This document shows positions 38,763 through 51,149 of a stretch of DNA of 64,000 nucleotides, one piece after another. Both the position numbers and the translations under genes were made by a program. The DNA comes from Anaeramoeba ignava BMAN. Lineage: Eukaryota > Protista > Anaeramoebae. The notes beneath the pieces are model-generated. The model saw only the letters and a program-made list of their open reading frames with translations. It was not told the DNA's origin and ran no database searches. The number at the start of each line of letters is the position of its first letter. Positions within the stretch are counted from its first letter, which is position 1. Where the stretch lies: assembly GCA_028826165.1 (NCBI GenBank), contig JAPDFW010000061.1, forward strand, positions 124,001-188,000, written 5' to 3'.

Positions 38763-39989
38763 ATGCTTACAGATAATAAAGAAGAAGAAGGACAAATTAT
38801 AATAGGAATATTTGGAGCAGGAGCAACAGGAAGAGAAAATATTGCATTAAGATTCAATCAAGATTTTTTCAGTGAAGTTTATGATCCAGTTATTGAAGAT
38901 ACATTTAGAAAAACAATTGAAATTCAAGGAGAGCAAGTGACAATTCAAACAATAGTAACAGCAGGACAAGAAGAATACGAATCTTTTTGGCCTCCTATTG
39001 CTCATATTTCTAATTGCTTGTTCTTTGTTTATGCAATCAACTCAGAAACTTCTTTTAAAGATATTCCTTCTCGATATTCAATTCTCCAAAAATCATTTGA
39101 TAATCAAGAAAAATTTGATTTAATTCCAAAATTTCTTATTGGAAATAAAATTGATTTGGAAAATGAAAGAGAAATTAGTTTCCAAAAAGGCCAAGATTTA
39201 GCAAATAAATATCAAATGAATTTTTTTGAAGTTAGTGCTAAAACTGGTCAAAATGTCCAAGAATTATTCGAAAATGCTGTTTTGGAAGTTTTGAAAACTA
39301 GAAATTATTTATTTAAATTTTTACAAACTTTTCAACAAGAAATGATCCAATTTTTTGAAAGAAAAGAATTTAGTGATTTTTCATTCGATTTTCAAGATAC
39401 AAATCAAGAATCAATTCCTTTGCATTCATTAATATTAAAATATAGAATTGGAAAAGATTATCAACAAAAACTTGAGAAATTAAAAAACAAAGAAAGAAAA
39501 GATGTTATTGTTTTTCTCCAATTAATTTATTCAGGTTTAGACAAACTTAAGAGTATAAAAACTCGAGAATTATCTCACGAAAGCGGAATTAAAATTAAAA
39601 TTGGGAGAGAAAAATTAATTGAAGATATGAAAAAACTTTATTCAGAAGAAGAAACCAAAGATTTTTCAATTATTGTTCAAAACAAAGAAATCAAAGTTCA
39701 TAAAATTATTTTGGCTTTAAGAAGTGAAGTTTATCGAGAAATGTTCAATCAAGTCAAAGATAATTCGGGAAAAGTTAAAGATTATACAAATTCTAAATTC
39801 AAGACTTTTAAAACATTAATTCAATTTTTTTACACAGATACTATTAAAGAATCAATTTCTTTGGAAACAATCCAAGAATTAAAAGAAGCAGAAGATTTTT
39901 ATCAATTACATCCAAAATCATCTCTTTCAGCACAATTAGAATATTTTGAATCAAAAAAGAACAAAAACAAAAAATGTTCTATTTTTTAA
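38763..39989 (+). CDS. Ras-family GTPase-like domain + tandem BTB + polybasic-CAAX tail
   Basis: Ras-type effector loop YDPVIEDTF, TAGQEEY, GNKID, EVSAK; BTB motifs FSDFSF..HSLILKYR and DFSII..VHKIILALRSEVYREMF; C-terminus KKNKNKKCSIF. Confidence 0.9.
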   Translation: MLTDNKEEEGQIIIGIFGAGATGRENIALRFNQDFFSEVYDPVIEDTFRKTIEIQGEQVTIQTIVTAGQEEYESFWPPIAHISNCLFFVYAINSETSFKDIPSRYSILQKSFDNQEKFDLIPKFLIGNKIDLENEREISFQKGQDLANKYQMNFFEVSAKTGQNVQELFENAVLEVLKTRNYLFKFLQTFQQEMIQFFERKEFSDFSFDFQDTNQESIPLHSLILKYRIGKDYQQKLEKLKNKERKDVIVFLQLIYSGLDKLKSIKTRELSHESGIKIKIGREKLIEDMKKLYSEEETKDFSIIVQNKEIKVHKIILALRSEVYREMFNQVKDNSGKVKDYTNSKFKTFKTLIQFFYTDTIKESISLETIQELKEAEDFYQLHPKSSLSAQLEYFESKKNKNKKCSIF

Positions 39990-40152
39990 AAACCAAAACA
40001 AATTTTGATCCAATTTTTATTTTATTTTAATTTTATCCACTTTTTTTATTCATTTTTTTTTTAATTATTTTTCAACCAACCAAAAAAAAACAACTAAAAA
40101 ACAAAAAAAACAAATTTATTCTTTTCATTTTTTTTACTTTCCAAAAAGAAAA

Positions 40153-42043
40153 ATGAGTGAAAAAATGTCTGCTTTTAAATGTTCAATTTGCTTTGAAAGA
40201 TTTAATTCAAAAAGAAAACCAATTATAATATGTTCAAATGGTCATTCAATTTGTGAAAAATGTGTTGAAAATGTGAAAATTGTCCTTTTTGTCGTTTAAG
40301 ATTGGATAAATCAAAATTCATCACAAATATTTCACTTTTACAAATTGCTGAAGAAATTGGGAAAAGAATAAGTGATGTTCCTGTTATTCCTTTAGAAGAA
40401 ATTATGATTGATCCACAACCTTTTCAAACAGGTGCTTCAGCTGATATTTTCAAAGCTAAATGGGGAAATCAAAATATTGTAGTTAAGAAATTAAGAGTTG
40501 GTGGTGATAAAGATGCTGAAAAACAATTAAAAGATGAAATCAATTTATCAATAGGTCTTTCCCATCCAAATATTATCCAAATTTATGGAATTGTGAAATT
40601 TGAAATTACATCAGGAATTATAATGGAATTTGCAGAACAAGGAAGTTTATTAGATTCAATCTCAAATTTAACAAAATATGAATTAATCACTATTGGATTA
40701 GGGATAATTAATGGATTAAAGTTTCTTCACAGAAAAAAAATTGCACATCGAGATTTAAAACCAGCAAATATTCTTCTTACAAAAGGAAATCCAAAAATAA
40801 CTGATTTTGGAATCTCAAGAGTTCTTCAAACAATTAATAGAAACTCAGCAGTTGCTGGAACTATTGCTTATACAGCACCAGAATTATTAGATGAAGGAAC
40901 TAATTATGGAAGTTCATGTGATGTTTATAGTTTATCAATGATTTTTTATCAAATGTTTTCCAAACAAGAACCTTATAAAGGGATTTCAGTTGGAAGACTT
41001 GTTTTGAAAATTATGAAAGGAGAAAGACCTGATATTGAAAAAGATTTTCCAAACGATATGAATGATTTGAAAGAATTAATCAAAAAAGGATGGGATGAAA
41101 AACAAGAAAATAGACCTACTTTGGAAGAATTTGAGAAATGTTTCAGAAAAATGGAAGTTGAAAGTGGAATGAAAAATTTAACATTAACTTCTAAAATGAA
41201 CATGAAACCTAATTATGAACAAAGTCCATCAAAATCGCCCAAAATCACAACAACAACAGAAATTTCCAATCAAGTCAAAAGTAAAATTTTTCCAGTTAAA
41301 ACTATTGGAATAAAATGGAAAGATTCTCTTGATACTGAAGAAACCAAGAGACTCAGATTGGAAATGATTGAAGATTTAAAAGCCAAATCAAATTTTCGGA
41401 ACATTTTCAATTCATCAATATTACAAGCAATGGAAGTAGTTCCAAGACATTTATTTATATATCCTTCTCTTTTGAGTAGTTGGACACGGAAGGAAACACA
41501 TACCCAACAAGAAATTTATTCCCATTGTTATGCTTATCACAATTCAATGCCTGTTTCAACACAATCTATTTCAAGTTCACCTGAAATTATTGGAGCGCAA
41601 TTATCACTTGTTCAATTATCACCTGGATTTTCAGTTTTATTTGTTGGAGCCAAAGGAGGATATGTTCAAAGCATTGCAGCTCAAATTGTTGGATTGAATG
41701 GAAGTATTGTTGTGTATTCATCACAAAAACGAAGCATTAGAAAAAGCGAAAAGAATTTGTGAAGAGAATACTCCACTTTCTAATATTATGGAATGGATTT
41801 ATAACGAAGATATTGAAGATGTTAAACCAATTAAAGATAAAGGACCATTTGATGCAATTTTATTTGGAGGATATGTTACTGAAATTAAACAAGATTATCA
41901 AGATTTATTAGAAGATAATGGAACTTTATTAATTCCTTTGGAATCTAATCGGTTCACAAAGATTTACAACTGTTAAAAGAGAAGGAGGTTTTCATCAAAA
42001 ACAGATTACTGATTGGGGAGTTATTTTTGGGAAATTAGCTTAA
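40153..42043 (+). CDS. RING (C3HC4) - TKL-type kinase - PCMT/PIMT-like methyltransferase fusion, copy 1 (frameshifts near 40278, 41728 and 41945-42028)
   Basis: ATG at 40153 then CSICFERF..CSNGHSICEKC..CPFC; kinase HRDLKPAN, DFG, YTAPE; PCMT motifs AMEVVPRHLF, SSPEII, PGFSVLFVGAKGGY, GPFDAILFGG. Collinear with copy 2 to GKLA*. Confidence 0.85.
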
Positions 42044-42235
42044 TTTTCTCTTTTTTTTTTTTTCAAATCAAAAACCAAAACAAAATTTGATCATTTTTTT
42101 TTTACTCATTCAATTCTATTTTTAATTCAATTCTTTTTTTTTTAATTATTTTTCAACCAACCAAAAAAAAAACAACTAAAAAGTAAAAAAAACAAATTTA
42201 TTCTTTTCATTTTTTTTTACTTTCCAAAAATCAAA

Positions 42236-44116
42236 ATGGATACAGTTAAATGTTCAATTTGTTTTGAAAGATTTGATTCAAAAAGAAAACCAATTATAAT
42301 ATGTTCAAATGGTCATTCAATTTGTGAAAAATGTGTTGAAAATGTGAAAAATTGTCCTTTTTGTCGTTTAAGATTGGATAAATCAAAATTCATTACAAAT
42401 ATTTCACTTTTACAACTTTCTGAAGAAATTGGGGAAAGAATAAGTGATGTTCCTGTTATTCCTTTAGAAGAAATTATGATTGATCCACAACCTTTTCAAA
42501 CAGGTGCTTCAGCTGATATTTTCAAAGCTAAATGGGGAAACCAAAGATTGTAGTTAAGAAATTAAGAGTTGGTGGTGATGAAAGATGCTGAAAAACAATT
42601 AAAAGATGAAATCAATTTATCAATAGGTCTTTCTCATCCAAATATTATCCAAATTTATGGAATTGTGAAATTTGAAAATACATCAGGAATTATAATGGAA
42701 TTTGCAGAACAAGGAAGTTTATTAGATTCAATCTCAAATTTAACAAAACATGAATTAATCACTATTGGATTAGGAATAATTAATGGATTAAAGTTTCTTC
42801 ACAGAAAAAAAATTGCACATCGAGATTTAAAACCAGCAAATATTCTTCTTACAAAAGGAAATCCAAAAATAACTGATTTTGGAATCTCAAGAGTTCTTCA
42901 AACAGTTAATAGAAACACAACAGTTGCTGGAACTATTGCTTATACAGCACCAGAATTATTAGATGAAGGAACTAATTATGGAAGTTCATGTGATGTTTAT
43001 AGTTTATCAATGATTTTTTATCAAATGTTTTCCAAACAAGAACCTTATAAAGGAATGCCAGTTGGAAGACTTGTTTTGAAAATTATGAAAGGAGAAAGAC
43101 CTGATATTGAAAAAGATTTTCCAAACGATATGAATGATTTGAAAGAATTAATCAAAAAAGGATGGGATGAAACACCAGAAAATAGACCTAGTTTGGAAGA
43201 ATTTGAGAAATGTTTCAGAAAAATGGAAGTTGAAAGTGGAATGAAAGATTTAACATTACCTTCTAAAATGAACATGAAACCTAATTATGAACAAAGTCCA
43301 TCAAAATCGCCCAAAATCACAACAACAACAGAAATTTCCAATCAAGTCAAAAGTAAAATTATTCCAGTTAAAACTATTGGAATAAAATGGAAGGATGATA
43401 CTGATACTGAAGAAACCAAGAGACTCAGATCGAAAATGGTTGAAGATTTAAAAGCGAGATCAACATTTCAAAACATTTTCAATTCATCAATATTACAAGC
43501 AATGGAAGTAGTTCCAAGACATTTATTTATTTTTTCAGAAAGAAGAATAGGATGGAATCAAACCTCACAAATTCAATCAAATGAGATTCGAGAATCTTAT
43601 ACATATTCACGGCCTATTCGAGCATCAACTCAATCTAATTCGAGTTCACCTGAAATTATTGGAGCGCAATTATCACTTGTTCAATTATCACCTGGATTTT
43701 CAGTTTTATTTGTTGGAGCCAAAGGAGGATATATCCAAAGCATTGCAGCTCAAATTGTTGGATTGAATGGAAGTATTGTTGTGTATTCATCACAAAACGA
43801 AGCATTAGAAAAAGCGAAAGGAATTTGCCAGCATAATACTCCACTTTCTAATATTATGGAATGGATTTATAACGAAGATATTGAAGATGTTAAACCAATT
43901 AAAAATAAAGGACCATTTGATGCAATTTTATTTGGAGGATATGTTACTGAAATTAAACAAGATTATAAGGATTTATTAAGTGATAATGGAACTTTATTAG
44001 CTCCTTTGGAAATTAATGGTTCACAAAGATTAACAACTGTTTATCGAGAAAGTGGATCTTCTTTTCGAGTTAATATTATCAAAGATTGGGGAGTTATTTT
44101 TGGGAAATTAGCTTAA
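42236..44116 (+). CDS. RING - TKL kinase - PCMT-like fusion, copy 2 (frameshift(s) at ~42545-42582)
   Basis: ORFs 42236..42553 (RING + kinase start) and 42569..44116 (kinase + PCMT). Copy 1 reads through this junction, and copy 2 reads through copy 1's breaks, so the fused frame is reconstructable. Confidence 0.88.
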
Positions 44117-44245
44117 TTTTCTCTTTTTTTTTTTCAAATCAAAAACGAAAACAAATTTTTTTTTTTTTTTTCGATCAAACAAATTTTTCATTTTTTGAAA
44201 AAGAAAAAAAAAACGAAACAAAAAGTAAAAAGAAAAAAGAAGAAT

Positions 44246-47200
44246 TTAAAAATGTCTTGATTTTCTGAAAATCATTTGCTTTCTTTTGTCAACAATTTTC
44301 TCGAAATCCGAACTTGCAATATTATTTCTAATTTGTTCAACCCAATCTTCCAATTCTTCTTTTGTATTTGCTGAAATGACATATTTTTCATGATTTCCAG
44401 AAACAAGTTCTCCTTTTCCAGTAAATTTAGCACCTTTAGTATGATTTGTGTTTGGTTGTTTAATTTGGAAAATGAATTTTTTCTTTTTTGGATTTGGTTC
44501 AACTTCCACAATAACTCCATCTAAAGGGATAATTCCTCTTGGGTTTGTATCCTATTTATTATTTTATTTATTTTAATTATTTTTTTGATTTATTTTTTAT
44601 TTCTATAAAAATTTACTTTGTTGCTTTTGAAATAGTATAAACAATTATATGAAAGTAAAAACCATCTTTTTTTCCAAGATTTGAAATGTCCACCCTTATT
44701 TAATTTTTATTTAATTTTAAATTAATTTTGAATTAATTTTGAATTAATTTTGAATTTGGATTAATTTTTAATTTGGATTAATTTTGGATTTTGAATTAAT
44801 TTTGAATTAATTTTGAATTAATTTTGAATTAATTTTGAATTAATTTTGAATTGATTTTGAATTAATTTTGGATTAATTTGAATTTTGAATTAATTTTGAA
44901 TTAATTTTGAATTAATTTTGAATTAATTTTGAATTAATTTTGAATTAATTTTGAATTAATTTTGAATTAATTTTGGATTAATTTTGAATTAATTTTGAAT
45001 TAATTTTGAATTAATTTTGAATTAATTTTGAATTTATTTTTGAATTAGTTTTGAATTGAATTTTGAATTAATTTTGAATTAATTTTGAATTAATTTTGAA
45101 TTAATTTTGAATTAATTTTGGATTTAATTTTGAATTAATTTTGAATTAATTTTTGAAATTTTTGAATTAATTTTGAATTAATTTTGAATTAATTTTGAAT
45201 TAATTTTGATTTAATTTGAATTAATTTTGAATTAATTTTGAATTAATTTTTGAATTAATTTTGAATTAATTTTGAATTAATTTTGAATTAATTTTGAATT
45301 AATTTTGAATTAATTTTGAATTAATTTTGAATTAATTTTGAATTAATTTTGAATTAATTTTGGATTAATTTTGAATTAATTTTGAATTAATTTTGAATTA
45401 ATTTTGAATTAATTTTGAATTAATTTTGAATTAATTTTGATTTAATTTTGAATTAATTTTGAATTAATTTTGAATTAATTTTGAATTAATTTTGAATTAA
45501 TTTTGAATTAATTTTGAATTAATTTTGAATTAATTTTGAATTAATTTTGAATTAATTTTGAATTAATTTTGAATTAATTTTGAATTTTGAATTAATTTTG
45601 AATTAATTTTGAATTAATTTTGAATTAATTTTGAATTAATTTTGAATTAATTTTGGATTAATTTTGATTTTGAATTAATTTTGGATTAATTTTGATTTAA
45701 TTTTGAATTAATTTTGGATTAATTTTGGATTAATTTTGAATTAATTTTGAATTAATTTTGAATTAATTTTGAATTAATTTTGAATTAATTTTTGAATTAA
45801 TTAAATTTAATTTTGATTAATTTTGAATTAATTTTGATTGGATTAATTTTGAATTAATTTTGAATTAATTTTGAATTAATTTTGAATTAATTTTGAATTA
45901 ATTTTTGAATTAATTTTGAATTAAATTTGAATTAAATTTTGAATTAATTTTGAATTAATAAATTTGAATTAATTTTGAATTAATTTTGAATTTTTTGAAT
46001 TAATTTTGGATTAATTTTGGATTAATTTTGGATTAATTTTGAATTAATTTTTGATTTTTTGGATTAATTTTGGATTAATTTTGGATTAATTTTGAATTAA
46101 TTTTTGAATTAATTTGAATTTTTGAAAATTTTTGAATTAATTTTGAATAAATTTTTAAATTTTGAATTAAATTTGAATTAAATTTTTGAATAATTTTGAT
46201 TTAATTTTGATTTAATTTTGATTTAATTTTGATTTAATTTTGAATTAATTTTGAATTAATTTTGAATTAATTTTGAATTAATTTTGATTTAATTTTGAAT
46301 TAATTTTGATTTAATTTTGAATTAATTTTGAATTAATTTTGAATTAATTTTGAATTAATTTTGAATTAATTTTGAATTAATTTTGAATTAATTTTGAATT
46401 AATTTTGAATTAATTTTGAATAAATTTGAATTAATTTTGAATAAATTTGAATTAATTTTGATTTAATTTTGAATTAATTTTGAATTAATTTTGAATTAAT
46501 TTTGAATTAATTTTGAATTAATTTTGAATTAATTTTGGATTAATTTTGAATTAATTTTGAATTTTGAATTTTGAATTAATTTTGAATTTAATTTTGAATT
46601 AATTTTGAATTTTGAATTTTGAATTAATTTTGGATTTGATTTTGAATTAATTTTGATTTTGATTTGAATTTAATTTTGATTTAATTTTGAATTAATTTTG
46701 AATTAATATTTTACTTGTTTTGTTAACCAACCCCTTTTTTCTGGATTTACAAATGTAATAATCTCTTCTTGTCCACCTTCATTTGTAACTGTGATTTCAT
46801 TATGAACTATTCTTTCATAAATTGCAGAAAGAAGATCAGGAGAAATATCTTTTCCATCATCAATTCCACTACAATTTCTTAAGAATTCTGCTTTTGTCAT
46901 TTTATTTTTCACCATTGAATTATGAGAATCTGTATTCAACATAATAATACTAAAAGCAAGAACATAAGCAGTATCTAATTTTCAAAATCAAAATCAAAAT
47001 CAAAATCAATATAAAAATCAAAATCAAAATCAAAATCAAAATAAAAATCAAAATCAAAATCAAAATCAAAATCAAAAATTGAAAAAAAAAGAAACCTGAA
47101 GAAGAAAAAACTGTTGGATTAGAAAAATGATATTGATTTGCAAATGCTTCCATAATTCGATCAATTTTTTGTGCTTCTCCTGGAATTCTAAATTTGGAAA

Positions 47201-49107
47201 GATAAACTCTATACATATATATATATATATAACAAAATATTAAGATATTTTAAATTCATTTTTATTTTGGAATTGAATTGAATTGAGATTTACCTTAAAG
47301 CATCATCAATAGTCATATCAGAAAAATCAAAAAGTTGTACATATTCAAACATAACTTTTAAAGGAAATTCAGTTCTAATTAATTTCAAATCAAAAAGATA
47401 TAAATTACAAATAAATTATCCTTATTAATTTTCAATTTAAAACTAACTCCATTCCAAGATAATCTCCAATAGCTCTTTTTCCAAGTCCTTCACAAGTATG
47501 CAAAAAAATAGCAACAGAAAGAGGTGAATTGAGGATAAATTTGTGTTTAATGCAATAAAGAATTCCTCTTTTTGGATTTTTGTTAAATTGAAAAATAGCT
47601 TCTTTTAAAGCTTGACTTTGTTCTTTAGGTTTTGGAACTAATTTTTGGATTTATTATTATTATTATTACATTAATAAACATTATTTTTCCGAATTAAATA
47701 TTTTTTACGTTTTTCTTCATTTTCCTTTTCAATTGGTTTTTTTTCCATAATTTCCTTCAATAATTTTTTTCCTGAAATAATATAAGAAGTATAATATTCA
47801 TATTCAAATCCATCTATTTCTTCATCATCAGAACTATATTCCTCAAAAGGACCAAAATCATAAGAAACGGATTCAATATCTTCTCCATCTTCTAATTCTT
47901 GAGCAAGAAGATAAGGAGAAAAAAGTGAATTTTCATCAAGACGTTTTCTACGTTTGCGTCTTCTTTTTGAGTTTACTCTTTGGAATTCTGGTTTTTTTGG
48001 GATATCTTTCTTTTCTCTTAATTCTGGTTCTTCTATCTTTTCGTTTATAATATTATTTTCCTTTTCTTTTTCATTTTCATTTTCTTTTTCATTTTTTTCA
48101 TTTTCATTTTCATTTTCATTTTCATTTGGAATTGAAATTTGTGGAATAATTTGTGGTTCATTTCCTATTTTTTCTTGTTCATTATTACTTCTTTCAATTT
48201 CTTTAACCTCTAAAGTATTCTCAACATTTTCATTCGAAAAATATTCGATTTTTAATTTTGTGGATTGATTACTTTGAATATTATCTTTTGATTTATTCTG
48301 ATTAACATTCAATTCTTCTGATTGAATTTTAGGAGAAAGAGATTCATCTTCAAAAACAATTAATTTTTCCAATTCAAGTTTTTCTTCATAAGAAAGTGGA
48401 ATCAAATCCAATTCTTCATGAGTATCTGGAAGTGGGAGTGAGAAAGCAAAATGTTCATTAATAACTGGAGGAGGAATAAAGTTTTCAAAATTTTGTATAT
48501 TTTGCAAATTTTCTGATTTTTTTTGATGATCTTTTTTCTTGTTCGGAATATCTATTGGATTTGATTTTTTTTCAATTTGTTTTAGTTTTTCAATTTCTTT
48601 TTGTTTTTCAATTTCTTTTTGTTTTTCTTTTTGAATTTGTATTTGCATTTGAATTTGCTTTTCAATTTCTTTTTGTTTCTGAATTTGAATTTGTTTTTGT
48701 TTTTCAATTTCTTTTTCTTTTTCCTTTTCTTTTTCTTTATCAATTTGAATTTGTTTTTGTTTTTGTTTTTCAATTTCAATTTCTTTTTCCTTTTCAATTT
48801 GAATTTGAATTTGTTTTTGTTTTTCAATTTCTTTTTGTTTTTGGTATTCAATTAATTTTCTATTAATTTTTTCCTCTTCTGTTTCTTTTATTTCGCCAAA
48901 TGTTGTATCAACTAATTGTTTTATTTGTTGAAAAAGCTCAAAATTGGGTTTTTCTATTGTTGGATCATCATAACTAAAGCTTGAATTATGTTTTTTATAT
49001 TTGTAAAGTTTTGGATTTGTTGAATCGATTTCTTGTACTTTTCTTTTAGTTTTTGGTTGTGATTTCTTTAAATTTTTTCTGTTTTGTTGATTTTTTTGGG
49101 GTTTCAT
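44246..49107 (-). CDS. Cytohesin-like Arf GEF (low-complexity N-terminus - Sec7 - PH); exons 49107..47709, 47637..47448, 47374..47294, 47208..47096, 46974..46715, 44694..44617, 44551..44246
   Basis: [26 protein letters not shown]|[20 protein letters not shown] (glutamic finger), [30 protein letters not shown]|[19 protein letters not shown]. All introns are GT-AG and in frame. Confidence 0.93.
44720..46705. repeat. 11-bp satellite (GAATTAATTTT)n filling the 2020-nt PH-domain intron (44695..46714) of the ArfGEF
   Basis: Direct 11-nt periodicity. Confidence 0.95.
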
Positions 49108-49334
49108 TTATTATTATTAAAAAAAAAATGAAAGAAAAAAATGAAAGAAAAAAATGAAAAAAAAATGAAAAAAAAAAACAAAAACAAAAACAAAAACAAA
49201 AACAAAAACAAAATGAAAAACAAAAAAAGAAAAACAAAAACAAAACAAAAACAAAAACAAAAACAAAAACAAGATCAATTTTTAAATTTTCCTTTTTTTA
49301 TTTTTTCATTTTTCTTTCTAATAAACAAAAAAAA

Positions 49335-50126
49335 ATGGAAAAAAATTTTGATCTAAAAAAAGAATTCCAATTAATAATTCCAAATGAAAATTCACAAGAA
49401 AATAATTTAAATTTTAATTTTAATTTATTTTCTTCTTCTAAAAACAAAAACAAAAACAAACAATTAAAAAATCCATTTAATTCTTTTTCAAATTTAAATG
49501 AAAAAAAAGAAGATCAAAAAAAGAAAAGAAAAAAAAGTCTTCCTTTTAATTTTTTTCAATCAAAAGAAGCTTTTAAAACAAGAAAAGTTGAAAAATTAAA
49601 TAAGAATCAAAAAGAATCAAAAAATCCAAAAAATCCAAAAAAAGTTAAATTTCTTCTTCCACAAAAAAATCATTTAGAAAATCATTTAGAAAACCAAATT
49701 CAAATTGAAAATGAAAATCAAAATTATTTAGAAAATCAAAATCAAAATCAAAATCAAAATGAAAATCAAAATCAAAATCGAAATGAAAATCAAAATCAAA
49801 ATCAAAATCAAAATCAAAATCAAATTCAAATTCAAAATGAAAATCAAATTCAAAATCAAAATCAAAATCAAAATCAAAATCAAAATCAAAATCAAAATCA
49901 AAATCAAAATCAAATTCAAATTCAAAATCAAAATAAAAATCAAAATCAAAATCAAATTGAAAATCAAAATCAAATTGAAAATAAAAATCAAATTGAAAAT
50001 CAAAATCAATATCAAAATCAAAATCAAAATCAAAATCAAAATCAAAATCAAAATCAAAATCAAAATCAAATGAAAATAAAATTCAAAATCAAAATCAAAT
50101 TGAAAATGTTTTTGATGATTCTGTAA
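49335..50126 (+). CDS. Low-complexity K/N/Q-rich ORF, possibly the 5' exon of the downstream RhoGDI gene
   Basis: ATG preceded by a TCATTTT motif; in-frame NQ tract; the 3' continuation is garbled. Confidence 0.45.
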   Translation: MEKNFDLKKEFQLIIPNENSQENNLNFNFNLFSSSKNKNKNKQLKNPFNSFSNLNEKKEDQKKKRKKSLPFNFFQSKEAFKTRKVEKLNKNQKESKNPKNPKKVKFLLPQKNHLENHLENQIQIENENQNYLENQNQNQNQNENQNQNRNENQNQNQNQNQNQIQIQNENQIQNQNQNQNQNQNQNQNQNQNQIQIQNQNKNQNQNQIENQNQIENKNQIENQNQYQNQNQNQNQNQNQNQNQNQMKIKFKIKIKLKMFLMIL

Positions 50127-51149
50127 AAATCAAAATCAAAATCAAAATCAAAATCAAAATCAAAAATGAATTCTTCAAAATCAAAAGAAAATGAATTTGA
50201 AAAGAAAAATTTCAAAATCAAAATCAAAATTTTCAAATAAAAATCAAAATTACAAGAAAAATTTTAAAAATAAAATCAAATCTCGAAAAATTTTCAATTT
50301 AAAAAATCAAAATCAAAAAAAAATTGAAAATAAAAATAAAAATCAAAAAAAAGAAAATGTTTTTGATTTTGATTTTTCATTTTTCTTTTACTTCTATGAA
50401 TTTGAATTACAAAAATGAATGAATACCTCCAAAACTTGATAAAGAAGAAATTAAAAAGTCTTGAAGAGAAATTTGTTTTGAAAAATGGAAAGAAAATTTT
50501 GTTTATAAACTCCAAAATTACAAGAAAAATTTTTATTTTTAAAATCAAATCTCGAAAGATTTTCAATTTAAAATTTTTAAACAAAAATAGAATGAAAAAT
50601 AAAAAGCAAAATTCAAAAATAATTTTATTTTTAATTTTTCATTTTTCTTTTCACTTTTATTTATTTGAAATGAAAAAAATTTGGGAATTAAAAAGGGTGT
50701 TTTTATCAATTTAAAACTTGTTAAAAGATAAATTAAAAAGTCTTGGTGGAAATGATAAGAATATTGAAAAATGGAAAGAAAGATTAGTTGAACTGATATT
50801 TACAATGAAAAAGGCAAATTAATTTTATTTTTAAATTTTAATTTTTAATTTTTAATTTTTAACTTTCAAAATTCTTTAAATTTAAAATTTTTAATCCTAA
50901 ATGATGGTGATAAATAAAAATATAAATATAAATATAAATTCGTGTTTTAATATAAAAATAGACTAAATATTGTTATTTCTAAATGGAAAATTTAAAGCAA
51001 AAATCAAAAAAAACAACTTGGGAATTAAAAAATATGTTTCTAAATCAATTTAAAATTAATTTTAAAAATTAAACATGAAATTATTTATAAATATTAAATA
51101 AAATTAAATAAAATATTTTATAAAGATAAATTAAATAAAAAAATAAAAA

